From Candidatus Woesearchaeota archaeon (GTDB lineage: Archaea; Nanobdellota; Nanobdellia; Pacearchaeales; GW2011-AR1), in contig CAZYIS010000001.1 of assembly GCA_964647695.1 (NCBI GenBank), forward strand, positions 48,275 to 112,274: 64,000 nt of DNA. Reading direction: 5' to 3'. This document shows, in pieces, positions 1-8,579 of this stretch. Positions within the stretch are counted from its first letter, which is position 1. Each line of letters opens with the position of its first letter. The translations under genes and the position numbers were made by a program. Below the pieces are notes generated by a model. That model was given only the letters and a program-made list of their open reading frames with translations. It searched no databases and was not told the DNA's origin.

Positions 1-3000
1 AGCCAAATCCAATGCGGGCTGCATATATTTCAATATGCTTCCATGGGAGATGGTAAATATTATTCTTCCACCACATTTCAAACATTTTCCAACCAAAGGA
101 GGCCTTCGATACTTTTCATTACATCCTATACATCTAAAGCCCTGCTGTGAAAACTTTCTCAGATTACCCCTAGTATCTCTTATGAAATGTCTTTCTATTA
201 CCAATCTAGATACGTCCGTTACATCCACGGCCCTTATTTTACTACAAAGCTGCATCATGGAATCTACTTTCTCCTGCATTGTAGGCAATAGCTTATAACT
301 AGAACATAAAGGCCCAAGATTCAAATCCGAAGTATCGTAGGCGAAGCCCAAATCAATGAATTCTCTTTCTCCTCCAAGCCTCTGTCTAACCTGCTCCAAT
401 TTAATTTCCGAAGGCATGGCGTGTCTTTCCCCTGCTTCAAATAATTCCAAAGGCATTTTATTAGAAACATCCACATCGAAGATCATATCATCCACTTCGT
501 TAGCCCTAATGTGCATATTCAAAACCAGTGGAGCGTCCTGAGTACCTCCTCTGTGGGATGGAATGAACTTTCTTGAGAAATTAATTAATAAATCCATAAG
601 CAACATAACTGCTGCTTCATCCCCATCACAATCTCTTCTCATGGCTGCATGAATATATGGGCTAGCCAACAGCGCCTGTATTTTTGAAAATCCAATTATT
701 CTTCCCACCACCGCCGATGAAGTATGGGGGGCCATACAAGCCAAATAAGCCCCAATCAAATCTTCCTTCTTATTTGCATTGAAATATTTTTCAACTTTGT
801 ATATCTTTTCCAACTCCTCATCTACAAAATGAGCCACATTAAGAAAAACATCATCTGCCTTTTCATCCGGAGAAATAGGACAAGCCGGAAGAATTATGTC
901 ATGGGGGAACAATTCAACCAACTGATTATCATTTTCCAAAATATTTCCCTTAACGTCCTTATCATACCCTAATTTTTTAGCTTTTTCTATACTAATGCCT
1001 ATTTCTCTAGGTCTAAAATGAGTTATAGGCATTTCAGTCATATCATATCTTATAGTTCCATCCTTATTTACATTTAAATTATGTTTTGCTCTTAAAATTC
1101 CCTTAGAAAGTAACTCACAACTATGTTCCTTATTACTTGTCCCCTTTACTCCTTTAATTACATAACCTATATCTTCATTTCTTAATCCGACGGATTTTCT
1201 AGCGTGTTCGAAATATTTAGCAATATCTATTTTTTTAGAACTATACTCCTGACCCATTTCATGTTGAGTGCACTTTTCATTTAAACTGTCATTGCACTCT
1301 CTACAATAAAATTGTTTTACACAATAATTCCCACATTTTTCACATTTAGGATAAACCGTTTCTTCCTTACAATTATTACAATAAAAATTAGTAAAGTCTG
1401 CTTTGACACTTCCCGCTTCAAGAGCAGATTGAAAACTCTTTAATCGGCCGCCTTCTTCTCCCACTGGAAATAGTACGTGAGGACTACCCGTAAGCTTTCT
1501 AAGCTTTGCTTTTTCCGGTCGCCCCATTCTAGCACCAATCATAGTTCCAAGTTTATCCCTTATTCTAACACTTGAAAGAGAATTAATTACTTCCAACACT
1601 TCTTTCTCAGAAATTTTTGCACTCAAAATATTCATTTCATCTTCCAAGATAATATTTCTTTTCTCAGTTATGTCTAATCCTAAATTAAATAACAAAGCAA
1701 AACTATCTTTTTCATTTAATATCACATTCTCTGTTGAAACCAGATGTTCACAACCGATTATTTCCAATGCACGTTTGCCCTTAACGAATCTTTCTGCATC
1801 GATTCTAGAGTAAGGTAATAATAGATGAGAATTATCCAGTTTTCCATGGGCAATCCAATCAACTAAAGCTAAAAATGAATCATATTTTATTTGAGTCCAG
1901 AAATAAATATAATTTGGATGAAGTGAAATTTTATATTTTAAAGACAGCTCTTTGGCTTTTTCAAAATCCACCATCAGCTCCGAATCGCCACCTTCTTTTC
2001 TTAATTCTTCTAACCAAAACTGCTCTATATATCCTTGTTTCTCCAAAGGATGATTTCTATTGGCAAAATCTCCAAATGGAACCAATATATCTCCCAAATA
2101 TAAAATTTCAGTCACATTATGATATATCTTTATGGCCGTATCATAATCTGCTATTCTTTTAACACTTCCATCCACCAATTTAACTATTGGTCCATCAAGA
2201 CTATCGCATGAAGCAACAGTGCATCCCTTAGTAGGCTTTTCTATTTTTAATTGAGTACCTATAGCAATAAAATCATTAGTAATACCCATGGTAGCTGGAC
2301 TTATGGCTAAAGTCGAATATCCGGTTGTTCTAGCTCGCCCATATCTTAATCTGAATGCACCCGAAGCTGATGGATGAGCAAATACAGGTCTTCCAGCAAC
2401 CAGATCCTGCATATAGGTTGCTCCTCCTCTAGTTCCTCCAGCTGCTTTTCCTTCTTTTATTTTCTTTTGTAGTTTAACAAACTCTTCAAGAAAAGTCCAA
2501 TCCGTTAATTTGAATCCTTTTTGTTTTAATTTTGTAACTCTTCCAAATATTTTAGGTGCTTTTTGTGCAATTCCTTCACCCATAACCAAACAAAATCCAG
2601 ATCTTATAAAATTAGTTTCGATTCTTGGAAGATCCTTATAATTATACACTTCCTTATCTTCGCTAGGGTCCCCTGTTAATTGAATAGGTATATTTCTCAT
2701 TAAGAATTCTATTTCCTGTTCCGAAGGAAGATACTGCAAATTTGTAACTCTTTCATGATACGCATAACATTCCTGAATACCTCTCTTAACTTCATCCTCA
2801 GTGGGATCATATTTTGCATAACCAAATACTTCTCTCAAATAATCCACCACCACTAATGAAAATCCTGCTTCTGTTCCTCCAGCCGATCTTATCGGTCCAG
2901 AAAAATAAGGTGCAAGAAAGTCTTTTCCATCCTTTGTTTTCTTTACTTTTAGTTGTATAAAACCCTCCAAAGGAGAAGAGACATAACCTAGAGTCATATA

Positions 3001-3339
3001 ACCTATAGCTACTCTTATTCCTGCCTCCATTGCTTCCAGATGACTAGTAAACTTACAAAACTTTTCCTTTGCAACTTCTTCTGCAATGGTTAAAGCCACG
3101 GCCGGATCCAATGAACCAAATTGCTTTTCCAATTCTAAAATTCTTTCAACAATTTTAGTATTCGAAACCTGAGGATATAACACCGAAATCAGACCCACGA
3201 CTCTTTCAGCCAGGGAGTTTGCCAAAGGAACTTCAACTTCTCTAGCCGGATCTAATCCTTTTTCCCTAGCACCATTTGCAATTAAATAATTTCTTTTAAC
3301 TTCTTTTTCTATTTCCTTAAAATATTCCTTGATGTTCAT
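1..3339 (-). CDS. polD2: DNA polymerase II (PolD) large subunit DP2, C-terminally truncated by window edge
   Basis: By-eye reverse-frame translation from the ATG at 3339-3337 reads through to the window start without a stop (not exhaustively checked). The ORF track lists no complete minus-strand ORF in this interval, consistent with one long ORF lacking an in-window stop. The start overlaps the DP1 stop (ATGA). Translation is DP2-like (GARMGRPEKA, Cys clusters CNNCKEE/CEKCGN, HRGGTQDAPLV, C-terminal CIGCN..CLKCGG zinc finger). It is adjacent to DP1 and cdc6. Confidence 0.75.
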   Translation of the reverse strand, partial: MNIKEYFKEIEKEVKRNYLIANGAREKGLDPAREVEVPLANSLAERVVGLISVLYPQVSNTKIVERILELEKQFGSLDPAVALTIAEEVAKEKFCKFTSHLEAMEAGIRVAIGYMTLGYVSSPLEGFIQLKVKKTKDGKDFLAPYFSGPIRSAGGTEAGFSLVVVDYLREVFGYAKYDPTEDEVKRGIQECYAYHERVTNLQYLPSEQEIEFLMRNIPIQLTGDPSEDKEVYNYKDLPRIETNFIRSGFCLVMGEGIAQKAPKIFGRVTKLKQKGFKLTDWTFLEEFVKLQKKIKEGKAAGGTRGGATYMQDLVAGRPVFAHPSASGAFRLRYGRARTTGYSTLAISPATMGITNDFIAIGTQLKIEKPTKGCTVASCDSLDGPIVKLVDGSVKRIADYDTAIKIYHNVTEILYLGDILVPFGDFANRNHPLEKQGYIEQFWLEELRKEGGDSELMVDFEKAKELSLKYKISLHPNYIYFWTQIKYDSFLALVDWIAHGKLDNSHLLLPYSRIDAERFVKGKRALEIIGCEHLVSTENVILNEKDSFALLFNLGLDITEKRNIILEDEMNILSAKISEKEVLEVINSLSSVRIRDKLGTMIGARMGRPEKAKLRKLTGSPHVLFPVGEEGGRLKSFQSALEAGSVKADFTNFYCNNCKEETVYPKCEKCGNYCVKQFYCRECNDSLNEKCTQHEMGQEYSSKKIDIAKYFEHARKSVGLRNEDIGYVIKGVKGTSNKEHSCELLSKGILRAKHNLNVNKDGTIRYDMTEMPITHFRPREIGISIEKAKKLGYDKDVKGNILENDNQLVELFPHDIILPACPISPDEKADDVFLNVAHFVDEELEKIYKVEKYFNANKKEDLIGAYLACMAPHTSSAVVGRIIGFSKIQALLASPYIHAAMRRDCDGDEAAVMLLMDLLINFSRKFIPSHRGGTQDAPLVLNMHIRANEVDDMIFDVDVSNKMPLELFEAGERHAMPSEIKLEQVRQRLGGEREFIDLGFAYDTSDLNLGPLCSSYKLLPTMQEKVDSMMQLCSKIRAVDVTDVSRLVIERHFIRDTRGNLRKFSQQGFRCIGCNEKYRRPPLVGKCLKCGGRIIFTISHGSILKYMQPALDLA

Positions 3340-4937
3340 TTTATATGTAACTCCCTTAGTTCTTCTTCATTTCCAAAATCAAGAATCTTTAGTTCGCGAG
3401 TTTTTAGATTTAAAACAGGAACTTTGCACGGCTCCGGAACATTTCCTACCTTTTCTTCGAAAGGTGTTTGTCCCTGCCAACAACTTCCAGTCATAATCAA
3501 TACACCATTATAATTTTCCACATCGATTCTGTGAACTTCCCCAGTACAAACCACATCCGGAACTTCACTAATCACAAGATTATCTTTTTCGGCATTTGGA
3601 ATATATATTGCTTCAGAGTGTAATGGAAATAGATGTCTTCTCTTCAGCATGTGCCTTACTGCCTTTGCCGGGCTAAGTTTTTGACTTCTCAATTCAGGAA
3701 TCTCATGAATAAATGTGTGTATGCTGTCTCCATGATACATTAATATTTTGAATTCCTTTTCATTTTCCAACAATTTTATCAAAGAAGGATTACTTACCAG
3801 AATTAAATTTTCTATATCATATAATGGTGCCGCATATCTTCTCCCAATTATGGGTTGAGGTTCGGCCACCCTTACCGCATCGTGCTGACCTGGACACATA
3901 AACATAGTAATATGTTTAGGTATTTGTTTAAGATAGGATGCTAGAAGAGCATACTGTTCCTCCATACTCTTTAATTTTAACAAATTTTCTTGACCTGGGA
4001 AAATACCTACTCCATCCACATTATCCCCTGAAATCATAATATATTTTATTTTCCTAGCAGTTTCATCGTTACTATTTATCCATTCCAAGAAGTTTTCAAA
4101 GCTCTTTTGCAAATGCTTGGCTCCACCAGCGTGAATATCCGAAAGAAAAGCCACATTAACTTCATTCTCAAATCTTACTTTTTCTCCATTGAAAGCATCT
4201 GGAAAAAATATATCATTAACAAATAGCATGTCCCTGCTTCCCGAAGCTCTGACTGCCACAATGTCATCCAATAAGAGCTCTTCCGCCTTTTTAAAAACTT
4301 CAACCTTATCGAATTTAATAAGAGTACTTATCTTTCCAGTTAAATCCTCAAAAGTAATTATTAAATTTTTATTTTTAGTTACTCTCTTTTCGCTAACAAT
4401 CCCTATGATAGTATAATTATTTCTATCGCTCCCTATCTTATTAATAGATACTAGATTCTGTAGGTCCGGTCTATTCATTAAAATCTTTTGTAGCTGATGA
4501 TATCTTGCTCTAAAATTACCTACAAAATCAGCCACCTCTAGTTTTTTATCATTTCTAGTTGTTGAATAAAATATTTTAAAGTCATTTCTAAGATTTTCCA
4601 AATTTTTTCTAGAAATATCCTTCAGCTTATCAAAATTCTCCTTTTTTTCAACTATTGCAGTTTCCTTAGTTATTTCTAAACTTAATCCTAATTTTATTAT
4701 TACATTTTCTACTTCAGTTTTAGATTCTCCATTCAAATTACTCACAAAATTCTTAACAAATCCAAAATTTTTGTTTAACACAGCACGATTTATTATTTTT
4801 TGACCTGAAAATCTTTCCAATCCTTCCAATAATTCTTTTGCATCCCTTGGATGTTGAAAGCTGTTCAATAAATCAAATATTTCTCTCTCTAATAACAATC
4901 CTTTCTCTCTTATTACATTCATTACTTCTTCTTTCAT
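3336..4937 (-). CDS. polD1: DNA polymerase II (PolD) small subunit DP1, calcineurin-like phosphoesterase exonuclease
   Basis: 533 aa. C-terminal phosphoesterase motifs (FLSDIHAGG, ISGDNVDGVG, CPGQHD, MYHGDS). N-terminal OB/linker region. Gene order polD2-polD1-cdc6-oriC. Confidence 0.85.
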   Translation of the reverse strand: MKEEVMNVIREKGLLLEREIFDLLNSFQHPRDAKELLEGLERFSGQKIINRAVLNKNFGFVKNFVSNLNGESKTEVENVIIKLGLSLEITKETAIVEKKENFDKLKDISRKNLENLRNDFKIFYSTTRNDKKLEVADFVGNFRARYHQLQKILMNRPDLQNLVSINKIGSDRNNYTIIGIVSEKRVTKNKNLIITFEDLTGKISTLIKFDKVEVFKKAEELLLDDIVAVRASGSRDMLFVNDIFFPDAFNGEKVRFENEVNVAFLSDIHAGGAKHLQKSFENFLEWINSNDETARKIKYIMISGDNVDGVGIFPGQENLLKLKSMEEQYALLASYLKQIPKHITMFMCPGQHDAVRVAEPQPIIGRRYAAPLYDIENLILVSNPSLIKLLENEKEFKILMYHGDSIHTFIHEIPELRSQKLSPAKAVRHMLKRRHLFPLHSEAIYIPNAEKDNLVISEVPDVVCTGEVHRIDVENYNGVLIMTGSCWQGQTPFEEKVGNVPEPCKVPVLNLKTRELKILDFGNEEELRELHIK

Positions 4938-4948
4938 TTTAGTTCCTA

Positions 4949-6157
4949 TTAAGAGTAAAGGGATTTTTCTAATATTTCTTTTGCTTTTTGTTTTATATTA
5001 GGTGCAAGCATGAGTTTTATTTCTCTCATCCTTCCATGCCTTCCTTTACTAATAACGTGAGTGTTAATCAAACCCAACATGTCAAATTCAGCCAAAATGT
5101 CTGAAACTCTTCTTTGGGTAAGTATTTCATTTTTAGTTTTTTCGCAAACTTCCTGATAATTATTATATACCTCTCCAGTAAATATATCACTATTGTTTTT
5201 TTGATCTGCTAAATTCATAATAGCATACAGAACCAATTGAAATTGTCTGGGTTCGCTTTCGATTATATCTAACATTTTATCTTTCTCTATTTTACTATTA
5301 GCCACGTCTATATGTAATAGAGTTATTTTCTTACTACTTTCTCTTTCAGCCAATTCTCCTGCAACCCTAAGTAAATCCAGCGCCCTTCTAGCATCTCCAT
5401 GCTCCCTAGCGGCATAGGCAGCACATTTAGCAATAACTCCTTCTTCCAGGATTGCATCTTTAAACGCACTATCTGCCCTTGCCTTTAATATATCTTGTAA
5501 TTGTAGGGCATTGTAGGGGGGAAATACTAGTTCTTCTTCTCCCAATGAACTCTTTACCCTAGGATCCAAATCATCCATAAACGTTAAACTATTACTTATA
5601 CCAATAATACTAATTTGAGCATTTTTTAATTCCGTATTTAATCTAGTAAGTGAATAAATGAATGTATCGGATATTTTTTTTACTGCTTGATCTATTTCAT
5701 CCAAAACCAAAATAACCATCTGTTTCTTATTATCAATTAATTCTACAAACCTCTTGTACACCTGATCCGTAGGCAATCCTGTAGAAGGCACATCTCCACC
5801 CAATTCACTTATAATTTCTGCCAACATTCTATATTCCGTATCTGCTACTTTCTTTAATTTACAATTAACATAAACAAACTTTAGACTATCTTCATCCGTT
5901 TTCTTCAAACGAGAAGTCATTTTACTAGCTACATGTTTAATAGATAGAGTTTTACCAGTTCCAGTTTTACCATAAACAAATAAGTTACTTACCTTTTCTC
6001 CTCTAAGAGCTGGAGCAAGTATGGATGCTATTAACTCAATCTGTTCATCTCTATGACCTATACTATCCGGATCATAATTTGATTGAAGCACAGTTTTATT
6101 TTTAAATAAATTATTATTTTCAAAAGAATCAAATATTGCATCTAATTTATCACTCAT
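4949..6157 (-). CDS. cdc6: Orc1/Cdc6 replication initiator (AAA+ with C-terminal winged helix)
   Basis: 402 aa. Walker A VYGKTGTGKT, Walker B VLVLDEID, sensor motifs. Lies directly beside an AT-rich intergenic region with ORB elements. Confidence 0.9.
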   Translation of the reverse strand: MSDKLDAIFDSFENNNLFKNKTVLQSNYDPDSIGHRDEQIELIASILAPALRGEKVSNLFVYGKTGTGKTLSIKHVASKMTSRLKKTDEDSLKFVYVNCKLKKVADTEYRMLAEIISELGGDVPSTGLPTDQVYKRFVELIDNKKQMVILVLDEIDQAVKKISDTFIYSLTRLNTELKNAQISIIGISNSLTFMDDLDPRVKSSLGEEELVFPPYNALQLQDILKARADSAFKDAILEEGVIAKCAAYAAREHGDARRALDLLRVAGELAERESSKKITLLHIDVANSKIEKDKMLDIIESEPRQFQLVLYAIMNLADQKNNSDIFTGEVYNNYQEVCEKTKNEILTQRRVSDILAEFDMLGLINTHVISKGRHGRMREIKLMLAPNIKQKAKEILEKSLYS

Positions 6158-6350
6158 TTTTACCTCTTTAATAAAAATTAGAACACTATCCTTATTATAA
6201 ACTTATCTATCCTCTAAGCATTGTTTCCTATGGAATAAAAAATAAGATTTTTGTATAATTTTTAAAAAAATCGAAAATACGACGATAATATGTTATTTTA
6301 CTAAAAATTATAGCTTTAATTTAAAAAAATAAATTCAAAAAATAGATTGA

Positions 6351-6380
6351 AACACCCACACCCTCACTTCCGTTGGAAAA
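6351..6380 (-). promoter_or_regulatory. ORB-like origin recognition box (reverse orientation)
   Basis: acacccacaccctcacTTCCGTTGGAAAaa. Dyad TTCCgtTGGAAA matches the ORB core tTCCAgTGGAAAc. The ACCC-rich tract is the complement of the ORB G-string. Confidence 0.6.
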
Positions 6381-6440
6381 ATAATTTAAAAAATATTTTA
6401 CGTGTAAACTGTTAATTAATAAGAACTTTAATATCTATTC

Positions 6441-6500
6441 TGTAATATATATAATATAATATATAATATATAATATATATATTTATAAATAAAAAATAGA
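6441..6500. repeat. (AT)n-rich duplex unwinding element-like tract
   Basis: tgtaatatatataatataatatataatatataatatatatattta lies between the two ORBs. Confidence 0.5.
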
Positions 6501-6543
6501 AAAAGAAAAAGTTAAAAAAATCATTTATAAATTTATTCATATA

Positions 6544-6576
6544 TTTCCAATAGAAATCATAGGGTGGGAGGGTAGG
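6544..6576 (+). promoter_or_regulatory. ORB-like origin recognition box (forward orientation)
   Basis: tTTCCAATAGAAAtcatagGGTGGGAGGGTAGG: ORB-like dyad followed by a G-string, inverted relative to the ORB at 6351-6380. Confidence 0.6.
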
Positions 6577-6752
6577 TCATTTTTTACTTTTTTCTATTAA
6601 TTTCATTCCTATTTCAATCTTTAATAATTCATTTTTAATTTTAAAAAAGTGCATTTCTAACTTTTTATCGTCTTTTTCTCTTGTTTCAGATACTAAAATA
6701 TATCTTAATGGATTATGGAAAAGTTTAAATATCATATCTTATACAATCAATT

Positions 6753-7013
6753 ATGACTTTAGACAAAAAACCACTAAAAGAGATCGTTGGAAAATTAGTT
6801 GTTACAAAAGAGGGTAAAAGATTAGGTATAGTTAAAGATATTACTTTTGAAACCAGAACTGGAGAATTAATTCAACTGGTAATAAAAGATCCTACACCTT
6901 ACACTAGAAATTTAAATTTAGAAGTTTCTTCTTCCAAGGACATATTAGTTCCTTATAATACAATAATTGCCATTGGTGATTTTGTAGTTATTTCAGAAGA
7001 AGACTTAGCTTAA
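6753..7013 (+). CDS. PRC-barrel domain protein
   Basis: 86 aa. Pattern VVTKEGKRLGIVKDITFETRTGELIQLVI is typical of small archaeal PRC-barrel proteins. Confidence 0.55.
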   Translation: MTLDKKPLKEIVGKLVVTKEGKRLGIVKDITFETRTGELIQLVIKDPTPYTRNLNLEVSSSKDILVPYNTIIAIGDFVVISEEDLA

Positions 7014-7026
7014 TCCTTCTTTCAAC

Positions 7027-7455
7027 ATGAATATTCTTGGTTTTAATTTTACTAAAATTTCAGCAGAAAAATCTGTCAAATTAGAAAACGTTCAAATCAA
7101 AACCAACATTAGTTTTGAAGATCCTAAAAAAGAAGATACTAAATTACTAAAAGATCAAGAGATAGTTAAATTTCCTTTTTCCTATGAAATAAAATATGAT
7201 TCTGAAGATCCTAAAACCAAGAAAGTTGAAACCAAAGCAGTTATTTCATTCAAAGGTTTAATTCTTCTATCCGGAACTAAAGAAGAAACCAAAGATCTAA
7301 TCAAAAATTGGAACTCAAAAGAATCCAATTCAGATCAAAAAGTAGGAATCATAAATACCATAATTCATAAATCTACTATTAAAGCATTAGCATTAGAAGA
7401 AGAACTTGATCTTCCATCCCACGTCAACCTACCAACCATTAAATTATCCAAATAA
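7027..7455 (+). CDS. hypothetical protein, Lys/Glu-rich
   Basis: 142-aa ORF. No recognisable motifs. Confidence 0.4.
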   Translation: MNILGFNFTKISAEKSVKLENVQIKTNISFEDPKKEDTKLLKDQEIVKFPFSYEIKYDSEDPKTKKVETKAVISFKGLILLSGTKEETKDLIKNWNSKESNSDQKVGIINTIIHKSTIKALALEEELDLPSHVNLPTIKLSK

Positions 7456-8163
7456 TTAGTTTAATTTTTTTAATTTACCAAATTCCAGCACTTTTAGGTT
7501 CTCACCAATAATTTTAACTTCAAATTCGTTTAATTTAAAATTCCAAGGCATTTCATTTTTCATATTTCTCACATCAATTCCTTCCTTTAGACCTGAAAAA
7601 CTAGGTAAAATTATAATTTTCTTGTCTTTCCATCGTCCTTCTAAAAAACATTTATATTTCTCGCTCTTGACTCCTTCCGTCAGAACTATTGCTGGATGCA
7701 GATGACCCATTATCCAATATTTAATCTTTTTATCATTTATTTCAGAAAAATCCCTATCTCCATGTAAAAAAGCATACTTTTCATTAATATAATAATCTAA
7801 AAGTTCAATTTTTCTTTTGGAAGTAAAATTAATTAAAAAATTATCATGGTTTCCCTTAGTAATTATTATTCTATCACATTTTTTCTCCAAATAATCAAAG
7901 AAATTAATAAAATCATTCCTTTCTTCTTGATTCAACTCTGAAAACTTGTTCTTTAAATCACCCAAAAGCACAATTTTATCTACTTTTCCAGTTTTATCAA
8001 ATATTTCATTCAAATCATCTAATATTTGACCATAAACTTCTCCAGACAAGATACTTCCCAATGATTCTTCTCCCACTCCAAAGTGCAAATCCCCTACTAC
8101 TAATATTTTTTCTTTATTTTCTTCAATCAGCAAACATTTTCCCATATATTTTATATTATTCAT
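7456..8163 (-). CDS. Metallophosphoesterase (calcineurin-like; MPE-type nuclease candidate) downstream of Lhr helicase
   Basis: 235 aa. Motifs LVVGDLHFG, LLGDL, GNHD, HGDRD, GHLHP. Co-oriented with and downstream of the lhr-like gene. Confidence 0.8.
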   Translation of the reverse strand: MNNIKYMGKCLLIEENKEKILVVGDLHFGVGEESLGSILSGEVYGQILDDLNEIFDKTGKVDKIVLLGDLKNKFSELNQEERNDFINFFDYLEKKCDRIIITKGNHDNFLINFTSKRKIELLDYYINEKYAFLHGDRDFSEINDKKIKYWIMGHLHPAIVLTEGVKSEKYKCFLEGRWKDKKIIILPSFSGLKEGIDVRNMKNEMPWNFKLNEFEVKIIGENLKVLEFGKLKKLN

Positions 8164-8206
8164 TATTTTAATTCATAAAAAGGCTAATTAATACTTTCGT
8201 TGATAC

Positions 8207-8512
8207 TCAAGCAATAGCTTTAAATTCAACATCTCTTATTTCAGAAGTAGGAATAACTAACATTATCTCCAAGTTAGATACTGCGTGACCCTTAACTCCT
8301 TCTCCAGATCTTAAATTAACTCTATTTCCAAACATCAATGCTTCTCCTTCTTTTATTTTCTTTGCAATTTTAGTTGCAACATATGCTGGATGATGTTCCA
8401 AGGTATATTCATCTTTTCCACATTCATCTAACAAAGGGGTTGCAGTCAAGGTTATTTTTCTACTTTCAACAGATTTGTCTTTATAATTTATTATTAAATA
8501 GTTATTTACCAT
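8207..8512 (-). CDS. hypothetical small protein between helicase and MPE
   Basis: 101-aa ORF. Co-oriented within the helicase-MPE gene string. Confidence 0.45.
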   Translation of the reverse strand: MVNNYLIINYKDKSVESRKITLTATPLLDECGKDEYTLEHHPAYVATKIAKKIKEGEALMFGNRVNLRSGEGVKGHAVSNLEIMLVIPTSEIRDVEFKAIA

Positions 8513-8579
8513 AAAATTATACTTTTTATCTAATTTTTAAACCTAATTACTCCTTTTTACCACCTATTCATAACTAATT

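Larger units (their letters stand above)
6160..6752. other. Candidate chromosomal replication origin (oriC): about 590-bp AT-rich non-coding region between cdc6 and a PRC-barrel gene
   Basis: No ORFs. Two inverted ORB-like elements flank an (AT)n DNA-unwinding element. Position matches archaeal oriC-cdc6 synteny. Confidence 0.65.

Noticed and set aside
35-2162. Plus-strand ORFs 35-298, 356-541, 724-972 and 1875-2162
   Set aside because: All lie antisense within the continuous minus-strand PolD large-subunit reading frame.
4189-4416. 75-aa plus-strand ORF
   Set aside because: Antisense inside the PolD small-subunit gene.
6421-6500. Dinucleotide/short-period AT repeats that could be mistaken for a microsatellite or degenerate CRISPR-like array
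   Set aside because: No spacer-repeat periodicity of 25-40 nt. The tract lies between two inverted ORB elements next to cdc6. I interpret it as the oriC unwinding element.
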